Positions 1 to 15,317 of a stretch of 64,000 bases of DNA are shown here, in pieces. The notes beneath the pieces were generated by a model, which did not search any database, had not been told where the DNA came from, and worked only from the letters and a program-made list of their open reading frames with translations. The position numbers and the translations under genes are program-made. This stretch comes from the human T2T-CHM13v2.0 reference genome, Homo sapiens, in NCBI RefSeq assembly GCF_009914755.1, contig NC_060938.1; one strand, 5' to 3'. How positions within the stretch are numbered: position 1 is the first letter of the stretch; the number at the start of each line of letters is the position of its first letter.

Positions 1-1715
1 GTGCTGAACTGCCTGGAACTGGTTGAGGGATGATACAAGCAACCCTGTGGCCATGATCACTGGGACTTAGCTGGGTCAGATCTGAAACCAACACTGCACT
101 GGGTCTTACCAAAGCCCACTGTAACAACTCTCTGCTCATGTTCACTCAAGACCCTAGGGCTTTACAAACAGCAGATGGTAAAGCCAGCCAGGCTTACGTC
201 CTTTCCTTTAGGGTGATGAGTTCCCTCAAGCTCTGGGTGGGTCCAGAGATGTTATCTGAGAGTCAGGGCCTGGAGTTGGATATTTTAGGAATCAATCTGG
301 TGCTCTATTATACTGCAGCTGACACCCAAGCCACAGCTAAAGTCCTTCCCACTCTTCCCTCATCTTTCCACAAGCAGAGGCCACCTCTATGGTCACCAGG
401 ATCACAGGGCCATGGGAGTATTGCCAGGCTACTACTGATGTTCACTCAAGGCCCCAGGGCTCTTCAGTCATCTTGTGGTAAATGTTGTGAAACCTCAGAC
501 TCACCCTTCAGGGCAGTGGGCTCCCTTCTGGCTCAGGGCAGGTCCAGCAATGCCACCCAAGAGTCAAGGCCTAGAACTGATGACCCCAAGAGCCTACTTA
601 GTGCTCAAACCCACTGTGGTTCAGCAGGTACCTATGCTGTAAGACAAAGTCCTCTTTGCTCCTCCCTCTGCTTTTCTTAAGCAGAAGAAATCTCTCCCAG
701 TAGTCACCAAAGCTGGTAATATGCTGGGTCATGCTTGAAGCAAGCACATCTCCGAGTCCTACCCCAGGCCAACAACATGTACTACCTGGCTTTTGGGGCT
801 GATTATTCAGGGCCCAAGTGTGTTTTCATCAATAGCAGATGATGAATCCTTCCAGGACTGGGACCTTCTATTCAAAGCAGTGGGTTCCCTTATGGCCCAG
901 AATGTGTCTAGAAATGTCATCTGGAACCTAGGGCCTGTATTGGGTGCCTCAGGACTCTGCCTGGTTCCTTACCCTACTGTGGCTGAGCTAGTATCCAAGT
1001 TACAACACAGAGCCCTCTTTGCTCTTCCCTCTCCTGAAGCAGAAGGAAGGAGTGTCTTTTGGAGTAGAAGCTGTTAGCTGTGCTGCCTGGGGTTGAGAGA
1101 GGGGTAGCATAAGCACTCCCTTGGCTGCCCCAGCTGGTATCTCACTAGGTTGTGTGACCCCGATCCGCTGGCTCTGAGCCCACTACAGCACTAGGGCTTG
1201 CCTAGGAGTTGCAGTCCTTGTGGCCCAGACTGCCTTTCAAGTTTATTTAGGACCCCATTGCACTCTACCCCATGGTAGCAAATTCTGGCCACTGGGATGG
1301 ACAGTCCCTCTGGCTAGGTGGTTTAAATGCTCCCTTCAAGGACATTGGCTGAGTTCTGCCTGGTGTTGCTTTCTTCTGTGACAGGGAAGCAATGAGTTCC
1401 CCTGAAAAGCCCCACAATCACTGTTCTTTCTCTCCCCTAAGTGCACAGATTCTCTATGCCATGTGGCTACTGCTGGGGGATGTGGAAGGGGTGGCATTTG
1501 CAATTCAAGACTGTCTCTCCTACTCTCTTCAGTGCCTCCTTCAGTGATATGAAGTTGAAACCAGGTACTGTAATTGCTTACCTAATTTTTGGTTCTTATA
1601 AAGGTTTTTTTTATGTGTGTGTGTGTGTATGTATAGATAGTCGTTAAATTTGGTGTTCCTGTAAGGAGGACGGTTAGTAGAGGCTTCTAGTTGGCCATCT
1701 TGCTCTGCTTCCTTC
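1..1715 (-). mobile_element. Old L1 (L1M/L1PB-age) 5'UTR region
   Basis: Ends in ggccatcttg (1693-1702), the reverse complement of the L1 5' YY1 motif CAAGATGGCC; contains degenerate ~300-bp internal repeats. Confidence 0.6.
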
Positions 1716-2519
1716 TCAGACAGAAAAAATTATGTTTGATTATGTTGTTACATCTATCTTGCTTGGACTCTTTCCCAATCCCCAACTCCACCTCACCTGC
1801 CATTTCTTCTCTTTCCACATTATAGTCATTAGAGAAAACTTAGTAGATTGTTGCTTACTAGAACCCTGGATCTTTCCCTCTGTGGGTGGGGAGGTAATCA
1901 GGTTTTGGATAGACAAATTTAAAGCAAAGACACTCTTTTGAAATAGAACTACATTCTTTACATTTGTACAATAAAAAGTACCATTTGCATGATTTCACAA
2001 GAAGAAGGGACCAGCCTTCCCTCAAAGTAGTACTGTAGGGCTCATCACTCCCAGGTGTAAACTGCTCTCACCAGCTTCTTCTCCTTCAGATTTCAGCCCA
2101 GGTACCCTATTAAGGAGTCAAGAGTCTCTGTTCATGGTCCTTGAAGGCAGCTTGAGTTCCCTGACTCAGAAACTTAAAATGACCAATGTCTCTCAGCTTG
2201 TAAGAGTCTAAAAGCAAACCAGATCTTTGACTTCAGAAAATTCCTCTTTGCTCAGGGGCTGGGCAGTAAGTTGGAATGTATTTGTGTGTATGGATAGAAG
2301 TGGTGAGATGCTAGAAAGCAGTCCCATTTCTCTCCTCACAATTTTTCCATCTTCATATAAAATATTTAGCCCAGTCTTTCTTTAGGACCAGCTCGTGGTA
2401 ACTTTTCCTGGCACCCTACAATCAATTCATCCAGTCATATACTGACAAAGCAGCCCCCCAAATAGTGCTTTAGGTGGATAGTGCAGAAATAATACTGAGT
2501 ACAATAAGAAACATGCAAA

Positions 2520-3075
2520 CTCATTATCATATCTAATCCATTACCAAGTCAGGTCAGTTTTACTGCCTAAATATCTCTCCAGTGGTTCACATCTCTCCAT
2601 CTCCACTGCCACCATTCTCATGTAAGCCACCATTATCTCTAATGTGGCTACTGCGAGGGTCTCCTAGTCTCCCTCCTTTGTGTACTCTGGTGCCCCCTTT
2701 AATACGTTTTCCTTTCCGCATGCTGAGCTCAAGGCCTTCATCTTGACTGTCCTAGAACAGTTCTCCCTAGGTTCCTGTACTTAGTTAACATCCACTTACA
2801 CTTTAGATCTAAGAGCCACTTCCTTAGGGATGTTGTATTTGCTTCCCAAAGTTGTGTCATTTGCCCTTATGGAAATATCTTCTTTTACTTCCTTCACAGG
2901 ATTAATCTCAATTGATAACTGAACACTCATCCATGTGACCATTAGATTAATGGGTGTCCCATCCACTAGACTATAAATAAAAGAAAGGGACACATATAAA
3001 AAAAGAAGGGGACACATCTTTTTTGCTCATGTTCTTTGCATCTCACACAGTGCCCAATGTGTAAGAATTTGTTGA
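2520..3075 (+). mobile_element. Degenerate L2 fragment
   Basis: L2-like motifs (ctctccatctccactgccacc; cacagtgccc...gtaagaatttgttgaa). Confidence 0.5.
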
Positions 3076-3287
3076 AAAAATATATAATGATAAGAGGAAT
3101 TTAAAAGGACACAGGAAGAAAACTGTAGCTAAATTTTGCCTCAAATAGATGGAGTGAGACCTTGGGGAAAAATCCAAGGCAAATGCACCCTCGTGTTTGT
3201 TTTTTGTTTTTATGACAAAACTCAATCTCTCTCTTGCTCTCCCGTCAGTTTCCCTCTCTGTTTCTTTCTATTTTGCTATCTCTCCTA

Positions 3288-3588
3288 TATATATATATTT
3301 TTTTAGGTGGAGTCTCGCTCTGTCGTCCAGGATGGAGTGCAGTGACACGATCTTGGCTCACTGTAACCTCCGCCTCACTAGTTCAAGCGATTCTCCTGCC
3401 TCAGCCTCCCGAGTAGCTGGGATTATAGGTGTCTGCCACCACACCCACCTAATTTTTTTTGTATTTTTAGTAGAGATGGGGTTTCACCATGTTGGCCAGG
3501 CTGGTCTCGACCTCCTGACCTCAAGACATCCGCCTGCCTCTGCTTCCCAAAGTGCTGGGATTACAGGCATGAGCCACTGCACCTGGCC
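3288..3588 (-). mobile_element. AluS
   Basis: Full Alu dimer in antisense; (TA)n-degraded tail; TSD tctccta. Confidence 0.92.
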
Positions 3589-3615
3589 TCTCCTACCTTT
3601 TTTAAAAATAGAAAC

Positions 3616-4251
3616 CTATAAATTTGTTTAAGTTCCTTGTAGACTCTGGATATTAGCCCTTTGTCAGATGGGTAGATTGCAAAAATTTTCTCCTATTCTA
3701 TAGGTTGCCTGTTCACACTGATAATAGTTTCTTTTGCTGTGCAGAAGCTCTTTAGTTTAATTAGATCCCGTTTGTCAATTTTGGCTTTTGTTGCCATTGC
3801 TTTTGGTGTTTTAGTCATGAAGTCTTTGCCCATGCCTATGTCCTGAATAGTATTGCCTAGGTTTTCTTCTAGGGCTTTTATGGTTTCAGGTCTTAAGTTT
3901 AAGTCTTTAATCCATCTGGATGAAGCTGGAAACCATCATTCTCAGCAAACTAACACAGGAACAGAAAACCAAACACTGCATGTTCTCACTCATAAGTGGG
4001 AATTGAACAATGAGAACACGTGGACACAGGGAGGGGAACATCACACACTGAGGCCTGTCGGTGGGTGGGGGCTAGGGGAGGGATAGCGTTAGGAGAAAAG
4101 CTAATGTAGATAATAGGTTGATGAGTGCAGCAAACCACCATTCCACATGTATACCTATGTAACAAACATGCACGTTCTGCACATGTATCCCAAAACTTAA
4201 AGTATAATAAAATAAATAAATAAAGACAGGAAGATACCCTCCCCCCCCAAA
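3616..4251 (+). mobile_element. 5'-truncated, 5'-inverted L1PA element
   Basis: 3617-3917 is ORF2 sequence in antisense and 3918-4224 is the sense 3' end with A-rich tail; TSD AAAAATAGAAAC at 3604-3615 and 4252-4263. Confidence 0.9.
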
Positions 4252-4728
4252 AAAAATAGAAACTCTATCATCTCAATGAAAAATGTAACAAAGGGAAATA
4301 GAAGTTATTCTGTTTTGAAGGTCGGGCTTCAGAAGGTCTGAGATGCTCCACTAGAGTATGAATTAAAGCAACTCCACCAGGGGCCCTAGGACCCCTATGT
4401 TTATAATTAATTCTCTCACTTTCATTTGGATCTTTAAACAAATTCTTCTACAGTTTTATTTATTTATGAAACTTTTTAACAGAAAATTTCAAAATTATAT
4501 AGAAGAAAATAGTATTTTAAACTTTTATGTATTCATCACCCAGTTTTAATAATTAATAACATTTTGCAAAGTTTGCTTTGTCTTTCTACTTCTCCTTTGG
4601 TTGTTGTTGGTGGTACTGAAGTAATTTAAAGCAAATGCCATTGTCATATTTTATTCATAAATAGTTCAGTAACTAACTTGAACACACAGGATTTTCAAAA
4701 ACATATAACCCTAATGCCATTTAACCCC

Positions 4729-4761
<33 letters not shown>
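4729..4761 (+). repeat. (TAA)11 microsatellite
   Basis: Read directly from the sequence. Confidence 0.9.
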
Positions 4762-4762
<1 letters not shown>

Positions 4763-5184
4763 TCTCTCGTATAATTTTAATGTTACCTAATTCCCTGCCC
4801 ATGTTGAATCTTTTCTTTTGTTTAAAACTTGTCCTAAATTCGCTGCTTTAGGTTAGAATCAGACAAGGACTGCACATTGCATTCTCAAGTCTCTTTTAAC
4901 CCATAACTGTCCTTTCTTCTCCCATCTTTTAAAATTTCACCTTTTTGATGGAGGAACTGAATCATTTATCCCATACAATTTCTGTTCAAGTTGTTCTTTA
5001 TCCCCTCCATTTTCTATAAACTGGTAGCTAGATTTCTAGACTTGATTAGATTCAGATTCACCCTCTTTGGCAAGGATCACCTCTGGGTGGTTATATGGAC
5101 TTCTTGTTTATCACATCAGGAGACATATGATGTCTGGTTGCTCCATTTTTACTGATTTTAAGATTGGTCAGCTGATTAGATCAT

Positions 5185-5650
5185 TAGAAGACAATTCTCC
5201 ATGGGGCTGTTGTGTTTCTCTTGATCTTATAAGACAAGGCTCTAACTGTCTGTTGTCTGGATTGTCTTTTCAAAGATGTTTGTATAGTCAATGGTGTTGG
5301 AAGAAAGTGATAGTGTCTCCCTCTGGAGCAAAGGGCAGGCAAGCTTCTTAGCGTATAAAAGTATTAGAATTACCTAAGCTCAGAGTTTCTTTCCTCAGAT
5401 GCAACCCATTACGTGTACAGGGTCATCTGTCCCTCTTTGTGTTGCTCTGTTAGAACTGATTCTTGGGAAACCAGTGCAGAAATGATGATACTCTGGCTAC
5501 TGCTATTGCTATGAGTAATAAACGGTCCTTGGTCTCTGTATCTTAGTTTGGGTTCTCCAGAAAAGCAGAACCAATAAGATATATCTATATGAACCATATA
5601 TCTATATCTATATTCATACCTGTATCTTTCTGTATATCTATCTATCTATT
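5185..5650. mobile_element. Degenerate ERV LTR fragment followed by an MLT2-like terminus
   Basis: LTR-like segment with AATAAA near 5516; tgtatcttagtttgggttctccagaaaagcagaaccaataagatata resembles an MLT2 end. Confidence 0.45.
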
Positions 5651-6334
5651 TAGAAAGTCAAATGTTGTATATAAAAGTTACTGAAATAATTATTCTTCGT
5701 AGTTATGTCACCAATTTGATAGTTAGGTTACTTTGTTTTTAATATTTAGTAACTGATTTTTTAAATTAATAAACTTTATATTTTAGAGTGGGTTTAGTTT
5801 GCCAGTAAAATTGAGCAGAAAATAAGTGAGTTCCCATATACCTCCTGTCCCCATACATGCACGACCTCCTCTGCTGTTGACATCCTGCATCATTTACTGC
5901 ATTTGATGGTACACTTACTGCAATTGATGAGCCTACATCAGGACATCACTATCACCTCAAATCCATAGTTTACATTAGGGTTCATTCATGGTGTTGTAAA
6001 TTCTATGGGTTTGACAAATGTATAATGACATATATCCACCATTGTAGTATCATACAGAATAGTTTTATTGCTCTAAAAATCATCTGTGCTTTGTATTATT
6101 CCTCCTTTCCCCAGCCCCCAGTCCCTGGCAAGCAGTTATCTTTTCATTGTGTTTATAGTTTTATCTTTTCCAGAATGTCATATGGTTGGAGTCATACAGC
6201 ATGTAGCCTTTTCAGATTAGCTTCTTTCACTGAGTAATATGCATTTAAGTTTCTTCCATGCCTTTTCATGGCTTCATAGCTCATTTATTTTTAGTGCAGA
6301 ATAATATTTTATTGTCTGGATGAAGCACAGTTTA

Positions 6335-6640
6335 TTTTATTTTATTTTATTTTAGACAGCATCTTGCTCTGTCAGCCAGGCTGGAGCACAGTGGCGTGAT
6401 CTTGGCTCACTGTAGCCTCGACCTCCCAGGCTGGAGCAGTCCTCCCACCTCAGCCTCCTGAGTAGTTGGAACTGCAGGTGCGTGCCACCACACCTGCCTA
6501 ATTTTTTATTTTTATTTTTTGTAGAGACAAGGTTTCACCACATTGCCCAGGCTGGTCTCGAACTCCTGGGCTTAAGCAATCCACCCGTCTCGGCCTCCCA
6601 AAGTGTTGGGGGATTACAGGTGTGAGCCACTGTGCCCAGC
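6335..6640 (-). mobile_element. AluJ
   Basis: AluJ-type positions (cactgtagcctcgacc, ctgggcttaagc); TSD aagcacagttta. Confidence 0.88.
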
Positions 6641-7957
6641 AAAGCACAGTTTACTTATTTGTTTACCTACTGAAGAACGTCTTGGTTGCTTACAAGTTTT
6701 GACAATTAAAAATAAAGTTGCCATGAACATCTGTGTGCAGATTTTTGTGTGGACATAAGTTTTCAGTTCATTTGGGTAAATACCAAGGAAGGAGACTGCT
6801 GGATCGTATGGTAAGAATATGTTTAGTTTTTTAAAAACTGCCAAACTGTCTTACAATGTGTCTCTTCCATTTTGCTTTTTCACCAGCAATGAATGAGACT
6901 TTCTATTGCTCTGTATCCTTACAGGCATTTGTCGTTGTCAGTGTTTTGGATTTTGGCTGTTGTAATAGGTGTGTAATGATATCCCATTGCTGTTTTAATT
7001 TGCAATTCCCTAATGACAAATTACACTGAACATCTTTTCATATGCTTACTTGCCATTCATGTATCTTCTTTGGTGAAGTGTCTGTTAAGGTTTTTTGCCC
7101 ACTTATAAATCAAGTTGTTCATTTTCTTATTATTGAGTTTTAAGAGTTCTTTGTATATTTTGGATAATAGTCCTCTATCATATGTATATTTTTCAAATAT
7201 TTTCTCCCAGTCTGGCTTTTCTTCTCATTCACTTGACATTGTCTTTCACAGAGCAGAAGTTTTTAATTTGAATGAAGTCCAGCTTATCAATTATTTCTTT
7301 TATGGATCATGCCTTTTGTTTTGTATCTAAAAAGTCAGTGGCATATCCAGGGTCATCTAGATTTTCTCCTATGTTATCTTCTAGGAGTTTTATAGTTTTG
7401 CATTTTACATTTAGATCTTTGATCCAGTTTGAGTTAATTTTTTGAAGGGTGTAAAATCTGTGTCTAGATTCATTTTGTTGCATGTGGATGTCCAGTTGTT
7501 CCAGCACCATTTGTTGAAAAGACTATCTTTGCTCCATTGTATTGCCTTTTCTCCTTTGTCAAAGATCAGATGATTATATTTAGTTGGATCTATTTCTAAT
7601 GTCTCTATTTTGTTATATTTATCTCTTTGTCAATCTATTTTTCTTTTTGCCTATGCCACATCGTTTTGATTACTGTAGCTTTATATTAAGTCTTGACGTT
7701 GGGTAGTGTGAGTCCTCCAACTCTGTTCTTCTTCCGGGATTTTGATTGATATTGTATTGACTCTATAGATCAAGTTTGGAAGAATTGGCATCTTGACAAT
7801 ATTGAGTATTCCTATTCATGAGCATGAACTATCTCTCCATTTATTTAATTCTGCTTTGATATCATTCAAAAGAATACTGTAGTTTTCCTTGTATAGATCT
7901 TGTATATATTTTGTTATATTTATTCCTAAGTATTTCATTTTTGGGGTGCTAATGTAA

Positions 7958-8270
<313 letters not shown>

Positions 8271-8599
8271 GATGTTATTTTTATTTCAAATTCCACTTGT
8301 TTGTTGCTGGTATATAGGAATATGATTGACTTTGGTACATTAACCTTGTATCTTGCAATCCTACTATAATTGCTTATGAATTTCAGAAATTTTTAATCAA
8401 TTCTTTTGGATTTTTTACATTGATGATCATGTCACCTATGAACAAAGACAGTTTTAGTTCTTCCTTTCCAATCTATATACTTTTTCTGCATTAGCTAAGA
8501 CTTCTAGTATGATGTTGAAAAGGAATGATAAGAGAGGACATTCTTGCCTTGTTCCTAACCTTAGTGGGAAATTACCCCCCTTCTTTTTTTTATTTTTTA

Positions 8600-8903
8600 A
8601 TTTCTTTTTTTTACTTTTTTTTTGAGACAGCGTCTTGCTCTGTTGCCAGGCTGGAGTGCAGTGGTGTGATCTTGGCTCACTGAAGCTTCTGCCTCCCAGG
8701 TTCAAGCGATTCTCATGCCTCAGCCTCCCGAATAGCTGGGACTACAGGTGCCCGCCACCATGCCCAGCTAATTTTTGTATTTTTAATAGAGATGGGGTTT
8801 CAACCTGTTGGCCAGTCTGGTCTCGAACTCCTGACCTCAAGGGATCTGCCCCCCACGGCCTTCCAAAGTGCTGGGATTACAGGCGTGAGCCACCGCGCCC
8901 AGC
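8600..8903 (-). mobile_element. AluS
   Basis: Full antisense Alu dimer. Confidence 0.92.
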
Positions 8904-9419
8904 GAAGAAGTTTCCCTTCACTCCTGGATTGCTGAGAGGTTATTTCATGAATGGATATTGGGTTTTGTCAAATGCTTTTTCTGCAGCTATTGATATATTC
9001 ATGCGATTTTTTTTTAGCCTATTGATTTTTGAATGCTGAACCAATCTTGCATACCTGGGATAGATCCCACTTGGTCATGAGGTATAATTATTTTTATGCA
9101 TTGTTGAATTCAATTTGATAATAATTTGTTGAGAATTTTTGAATCTATAATCATGAGAGATATTGCTCTGTAGTTTTCTTGGAATGTCTCAGTGTGGTTT
9201 TGTTCTTAGGGTAATGATGGCCTCAGGATGAGTTAAGAAGTATTCCCTCAGATTCTATCTTTTGAAAGATTGTAGAGAATTGATGTAATAACTCTCTTAA
9301 ATGTTTGGTAGAATTCACAAGTGAACCCATTTGAACCTCTGCTTTCTGTCTTGGGGAGTTATTAATTAGTATTTCAATTAATTTAATAGAAATAGTGCTA
9401 TTCAAATAGCCTATTTCTT

Positions 9420-9766
<347 letters not shown>

Positions 9767-12700
9767 TAACAGATTATGTCTTCAAAGGAATTGGTCCATT
9801 TCAGCTTGGTTATCATATTTGTAGGCATAGAATTGTGTATATTATTTCTTTTTTTCTTTTTAATGTCCATGATTTGCAGTGATGTCTCCTCTTTCGTTTC
9901 TGATATTATTAATCTGTGTCCCCTCTTTCTGTCTCTCTTTTTTTTTTTTTTTTTTTTTTGCTTAGACCAGCTAAAGGCTTATCCATTTCATTTATTTTTT
10001 CAGAGAACTAGCTTTTGGTTTTATTGATTTTCTGTTTTTAATTTTAATAATTTTTGCTCTAATTTCTATTAATTCTTTTCTTCTGCTTACTTTGGATTTA
10101 ATTTGCTCTTCTTTTTCTAGTTTTCTAAAGTGGAAACTTAGATCATCGAGTTTAGATTTTTCTCCTTTTCTAACAGATGCTTTTAATGTAGAAATTCTCC
10201 TCATGGCATCCCCCAAATTTTGATATGTTGTGTTTTTATTTTTATTTAGTTCAAAACATTTAAAATTTTTTCTTGAAGTATTTTTCCGCATGTGTTATTT
10301 AGAAGTGTGCTGGTTAATCTCCAAGTATTTTGGGATTTTCCAGCTATTGTTTTATCAACTTCTAGTTCAATTCCATATGGTCTGAGAGCATGCATTGTAT
10401 AATTTCTATCTTTTTAAATTTGTTAAGTTGTGTTTTATCACCCAGAACGTGTTCTATTTTAGTGAATGTTTCATGTGAGCTTCAGAAGAATATGTATTTT
10501 GCTGTTGTTGGATGAAATAATCTTAGATGTCCATTGTATCCTATTGATTTATCATGCCATTGAGTTCAATTATGTCCCTGCTGATTTTCTGCTTCCTGGA
10601 CCTGTCCATTTACGATAGAGGGGTTAGTGGATTCATCTACTTCTTCTTGAAGTTCCATCAGTTTTTGCCTCATGTATTTTCTGTTGTTAGGCAGATACCC
10701 ATTAAGAGTTGTTATGTCTTCTTGAAGAATTGACCCCTTTATCATTATGTAATGCCCTTTTTTGTCCCTGATAACTTTCCTTGCTCTGCAATTTCCTGTT
10801 TCTGAAATTAATATAACTACGACTTTTTAAAATTAATGTTAGCATAGTGTATTTTTCTTCAGCCATTTACTTTTAATTTATATGTGTCTTTATGTTTAAA
10901 GTTTGTTTTTTGTAGGCAACAGATAATTGGATCTTGTTTTATGATCCACTCCGAAAATCTCTGTCTTTTAATTTGTCCATTTCGACCATTGACATTCAAA
11001 GTGATTATTGATATCATTGGATTAAGATATACTATATTGTTACTGTTTTCTCTTTGTTGCCATTATTCTTTGTTCCCATTTTTGTCTTCTACTCTTTTTC
11101 CAACTTTTGTAGTTTTTAACTGAGCATTTTATATGATTCTATTTTCTCTTCTTTCTTAGCTTATCAGTTATACCTCTTTTTTCAATTTTTAAGTGGTTGC
11201 CCTAAAGTTTGCAATATACATTTATAACTAATCCCAGTCCACTTTAAAATAATACTCCTACTTCTTCAAATGTATTATGAGTATCTTATAATAATAAAAA
11301 TAATTCTAATTCCTTCTTCATGTCACATACATCATTACTGTCATTCATTTTACGTACACATACACATACATATGCATATCTGTCTATCCAAATAATCAAA
11401 TACATTGTTGCTCTTATTATTTTGGACAAACTGTTTTCATTTAGATCAATTAAGAATAAGAAAAATAAATGGTTCTGTTTTTTATTCATTCTCTGATGCC
11501 CTTGCTTTCTTTATGTAGACCCAAATTTCTGACCTATATCATTTTTCTTCTCTCTGAAAAACTTTTAAACATGTGTTTGCAAGGTATGTCTACTGGCAAC
11601 AAATTCCTTCCAAGTTTGTTGGTGTGAGGTTTTTGTTTCTCCTTAACCTTTGAAGGATAATTTCAGAGTGTAGAATTCTAGACTGGTGGTGTTTTTCTCT
11701 CAACAGTTTAAATATTTCATTCCACTGCCTTCTTCCTTTCATGGCTTCTGAGAAGACATTGGATGTAATTCTTATCTATGCTACTCTATAGGTAGGCAAG
11801 GTATATTTTTTCTTGGTGTAAGGTGTTTTTTTTGTTTGTTTGTTTTTTGTTTTTTTGCATTTATTCTGCTTGGTGTTCTCTGAGCTTCCTGAATCTGTGG
11901 TTTGGTGTTTGGCATTGATTTGGGGGAAAGTCATTATTGCTTCAAATATTGCTTAGTTTCTTTGTCTCTTTCTTCTCCTTTTGGTATTCTCATTACATAT
12001 ACTTACACCCTGTGTGGCTGTTACACAGTTTTTGGATGCTGTGTTCCATTTTTTTTTTTCAGTCCATTTTCTCTTGGCTTTTCAGTTTAGGAAATTTCTA
12101 TTGTCATATCCTCAAACTCAGAAAATCTTTCCTTAGCTTTTCAATTTGCTAATGAGCACATCAGAGTCCTTCATTTCTGTCACAGTGATTTTCATCTCTG
12201 GCATTCCTTTTTTATTCTTTCTTAGAATTTTCATATCTCTGCTGACATTATCCGTCTGACTTTGCCTGTTATTTGCTTTTTCTATTAAAAGTCTTTGCAT
12301 GTTAATTACAATTCTTAAAAATTCCTGGTCTAATAATTCTAATTTTCTGCCATATATGACTCTGGTTCTGGATGCTTGTTTAATCTTTTCAAATTTTTTA
12401 CCTTTTAGTATGCCTTTGTAGTTTTTGTAGAAAGCGGACATGATATAATGGGTGAAAGGAACTGCACTAAATAGGCCTTTAGTAATGTAGTGGTAAGTTG
12501 TCGGGGGATGGAAAGCATTTTTTAGTCCTATCATTAGGTCTCCATCTTTTGGTAAGCCTGTATCTCTGGACTGTCAACTTCACCAGCACTTTGCAGTCCC
12601 CTCCACTCCTTATGTGGGACAGGATGTGTGTCCCCCTTAGGTGGGACAGGATGGCTATAGGAGGCTGGAGTTAAGTATTTCTTTTCCCCAAGGTTGATAA

Positions 12701-13802
12701 AACCCCATTAGTTTAGCTTCTAGTAAAATAGTTTCTCCTAAGAGCAGGCGTTAATAAGAATAACGGAATGCTCTGGTGTATTGAAATGTATCAGAAATAC
12801 ATTTTGCAAATGATTACTTTTTCCATCCTCCAACTGGAAATATGAGGAGATTTTTCTCTGATATTCCTTGTGAGGACCTCATGGAGTTTTATAGGTAAAA
12901 CTCACAAAAATGTGGATATATCCTTATGACTGTGTTCCCTCTGGAATTCTTATCTCTCAGACTTGTCTACACTGAGCCTCCAGCAATTCGTCAATTGTAG
13001 TTTAGGTTCTCTTACCCTGGCACTGGTTCCTGCAGAGGTTTCTGCTCTGGTGTCATAATTTTCTGTATTTATTTTGTCTGTCTCTCCAATTTCCAAGACA
13101 ATGATTTGTCCTGTGACCTCATTTCTCTGATGGATCCAAGAAAAGTTATTAGTATTTCAGTTTCATCGTGTTTTACTTGTTGTTAGGAGAGGGTAAGGAA
13201 TTCTATGCTGTTTACATGGGAAACTCAAAACTGTAATTCTCAAGATTACTTGTTAATATTTGATTTAGTTTCATTTTTAAAATATATAAAACATTTATAC
13301 AGTTTCAAAACCTGTACCTTATATGCTAAGCTTAATCAAAACTTGAAGTAGCATCTTCATACCACATATTCATTCATTCATTTATTCAACAGATATTTGT
13401 GAAATACCTGTGCTAGGCCAGTGCTGGGTCTATAATATTGAACACACAGGACAGAAATCTTTATCCTCATGGAGCTTGCATTTCAGTGTGGTGTTTGGAC
13501 ACACAACTCTCTTGACAATCTCTGCAGGTCTCCCTTACTCCTTTCCTCCTGTACCTTTTTGCTTTTCTCCTCTTGTTCATGGACTTCTCTGTGAAGCAGA
13601 AGTTAAAATCGGTCTTGGGTGGTTAAGAAAAATGAAAACTACCTCCCGCTTCTTTTTCTAATTTCTCGATATCCACATTATGTTGGTCAAGTTACTTAAT
13701 CTCTGAGGCTGATTCTTCACATATAAAAAGTAGGGGAAATTTTTATAAATAGAAAAAATAACTACTATTTCAGAGAATTTTGAGAAGTAAATTACATACA
13801 TG

Positions 13803-14048
13803 CCATGCCCTGTTATATGTGAGGGGTTGGTTCTAGGACTTCCCCTCTGCTCCTACACAAACAAGAATCCTCATACAGTCAAGTGTCTCAGCTGGCCCCG
13901 TGGAAGGAGCTTTTAGGAAAAATCAGCCCTCCAGATACTCTGGTTTTGTATCCTGCAAACACTGTATTTTCCATCTGCATTTGGTTGAAAAAAACTGTGT
14001 ATAAGTGGTCCCTTGCAGTTCAAACCTGTGTTGTTCAAGGGTCAACTG
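13803..14048. mobile_element. Tigger-derived MITE (MER8-like)
   Basis: Terminal gcagttcaaacctgtgttgttcaagggtcaactg typical of Tigger2-family ends; ~245 bp. Confidence 0.6.
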
Positions 14049-14913
14049 TGTATATATTTATATATATGACAAATATATATTACCCTTAAATCTCTGACCA
14101 GAGACAGTGGGTTTCTATTTAGGGTTTCTTCATGTAACTGTGTTTCATCAAGGATTTCTGTTGTCTTACCATTTAGACGAGGAAACGTTGGCAGAGAATC
14201 ACCTATATTCAAAAATTGCTGGCTTTGACAATATTTTTCTTCTGTATATCTGTTGCAATCTCCCTGTTCCTGGGCTTTGAGACTCCGTGTAGTTTTGCTA
14301 ATGTAGTTTTATTATCACAATTATACCCCTCCACAAGTGATAGTTCTTTTTAGGCCAGTCTTTATTAACCAGTTTGCATTTATCAGAAGACTTTCAGCTC
14401 ATTTATATCTGTGCTAATATTTTAAATAAACTCTGCAGTGGGTTGATTTATCACCATAGAATCAGATGATCACAAAGGATTTCAGAAATCCTCTAGTCTT
14501 GCCCTTGCCCCACCGTAGTAGTTCTGTCATGACACCATCCTTGATATATGGAAAGTTATTTTAATATTTTCCAATATTTACAGGGAGGATTCTAGGCTAC
14601 AGAGTAAAGTGAAAGAGATGCAGAGTAGCCCAACAGATTCTGCAGAGGAAATAGGAAAGACAAAAAGATTAAAAATGGGAGTAAGGAAGGGAGAATAAGT
14701 TGTGGGGATAGACTCTGCTATCAGAATTTAGTGGACAGTATATCTTGTCCTGATATATTCACAACCTAGTCTGTAGAGGATCACCATGTAATAACTGGGC
14801 ATGGCTTTTGGTGCCTACCTCCAATTACTCTATTAGTAATTAGGCATTATTTTGAAGACTCAGTATGCCTTTCATAGCCTATATTTCGGACGCCCTGTAA
14901 AACATTAAGTCAG

Positions 14914-15317
<404 letters not shown>

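Noticed and set aside
138-680. 180-aa ORF with internal repeat
   Set aside because: It lies in the antisense of an old L1 5'UTR tandem unit and resembles no protein I recognise.
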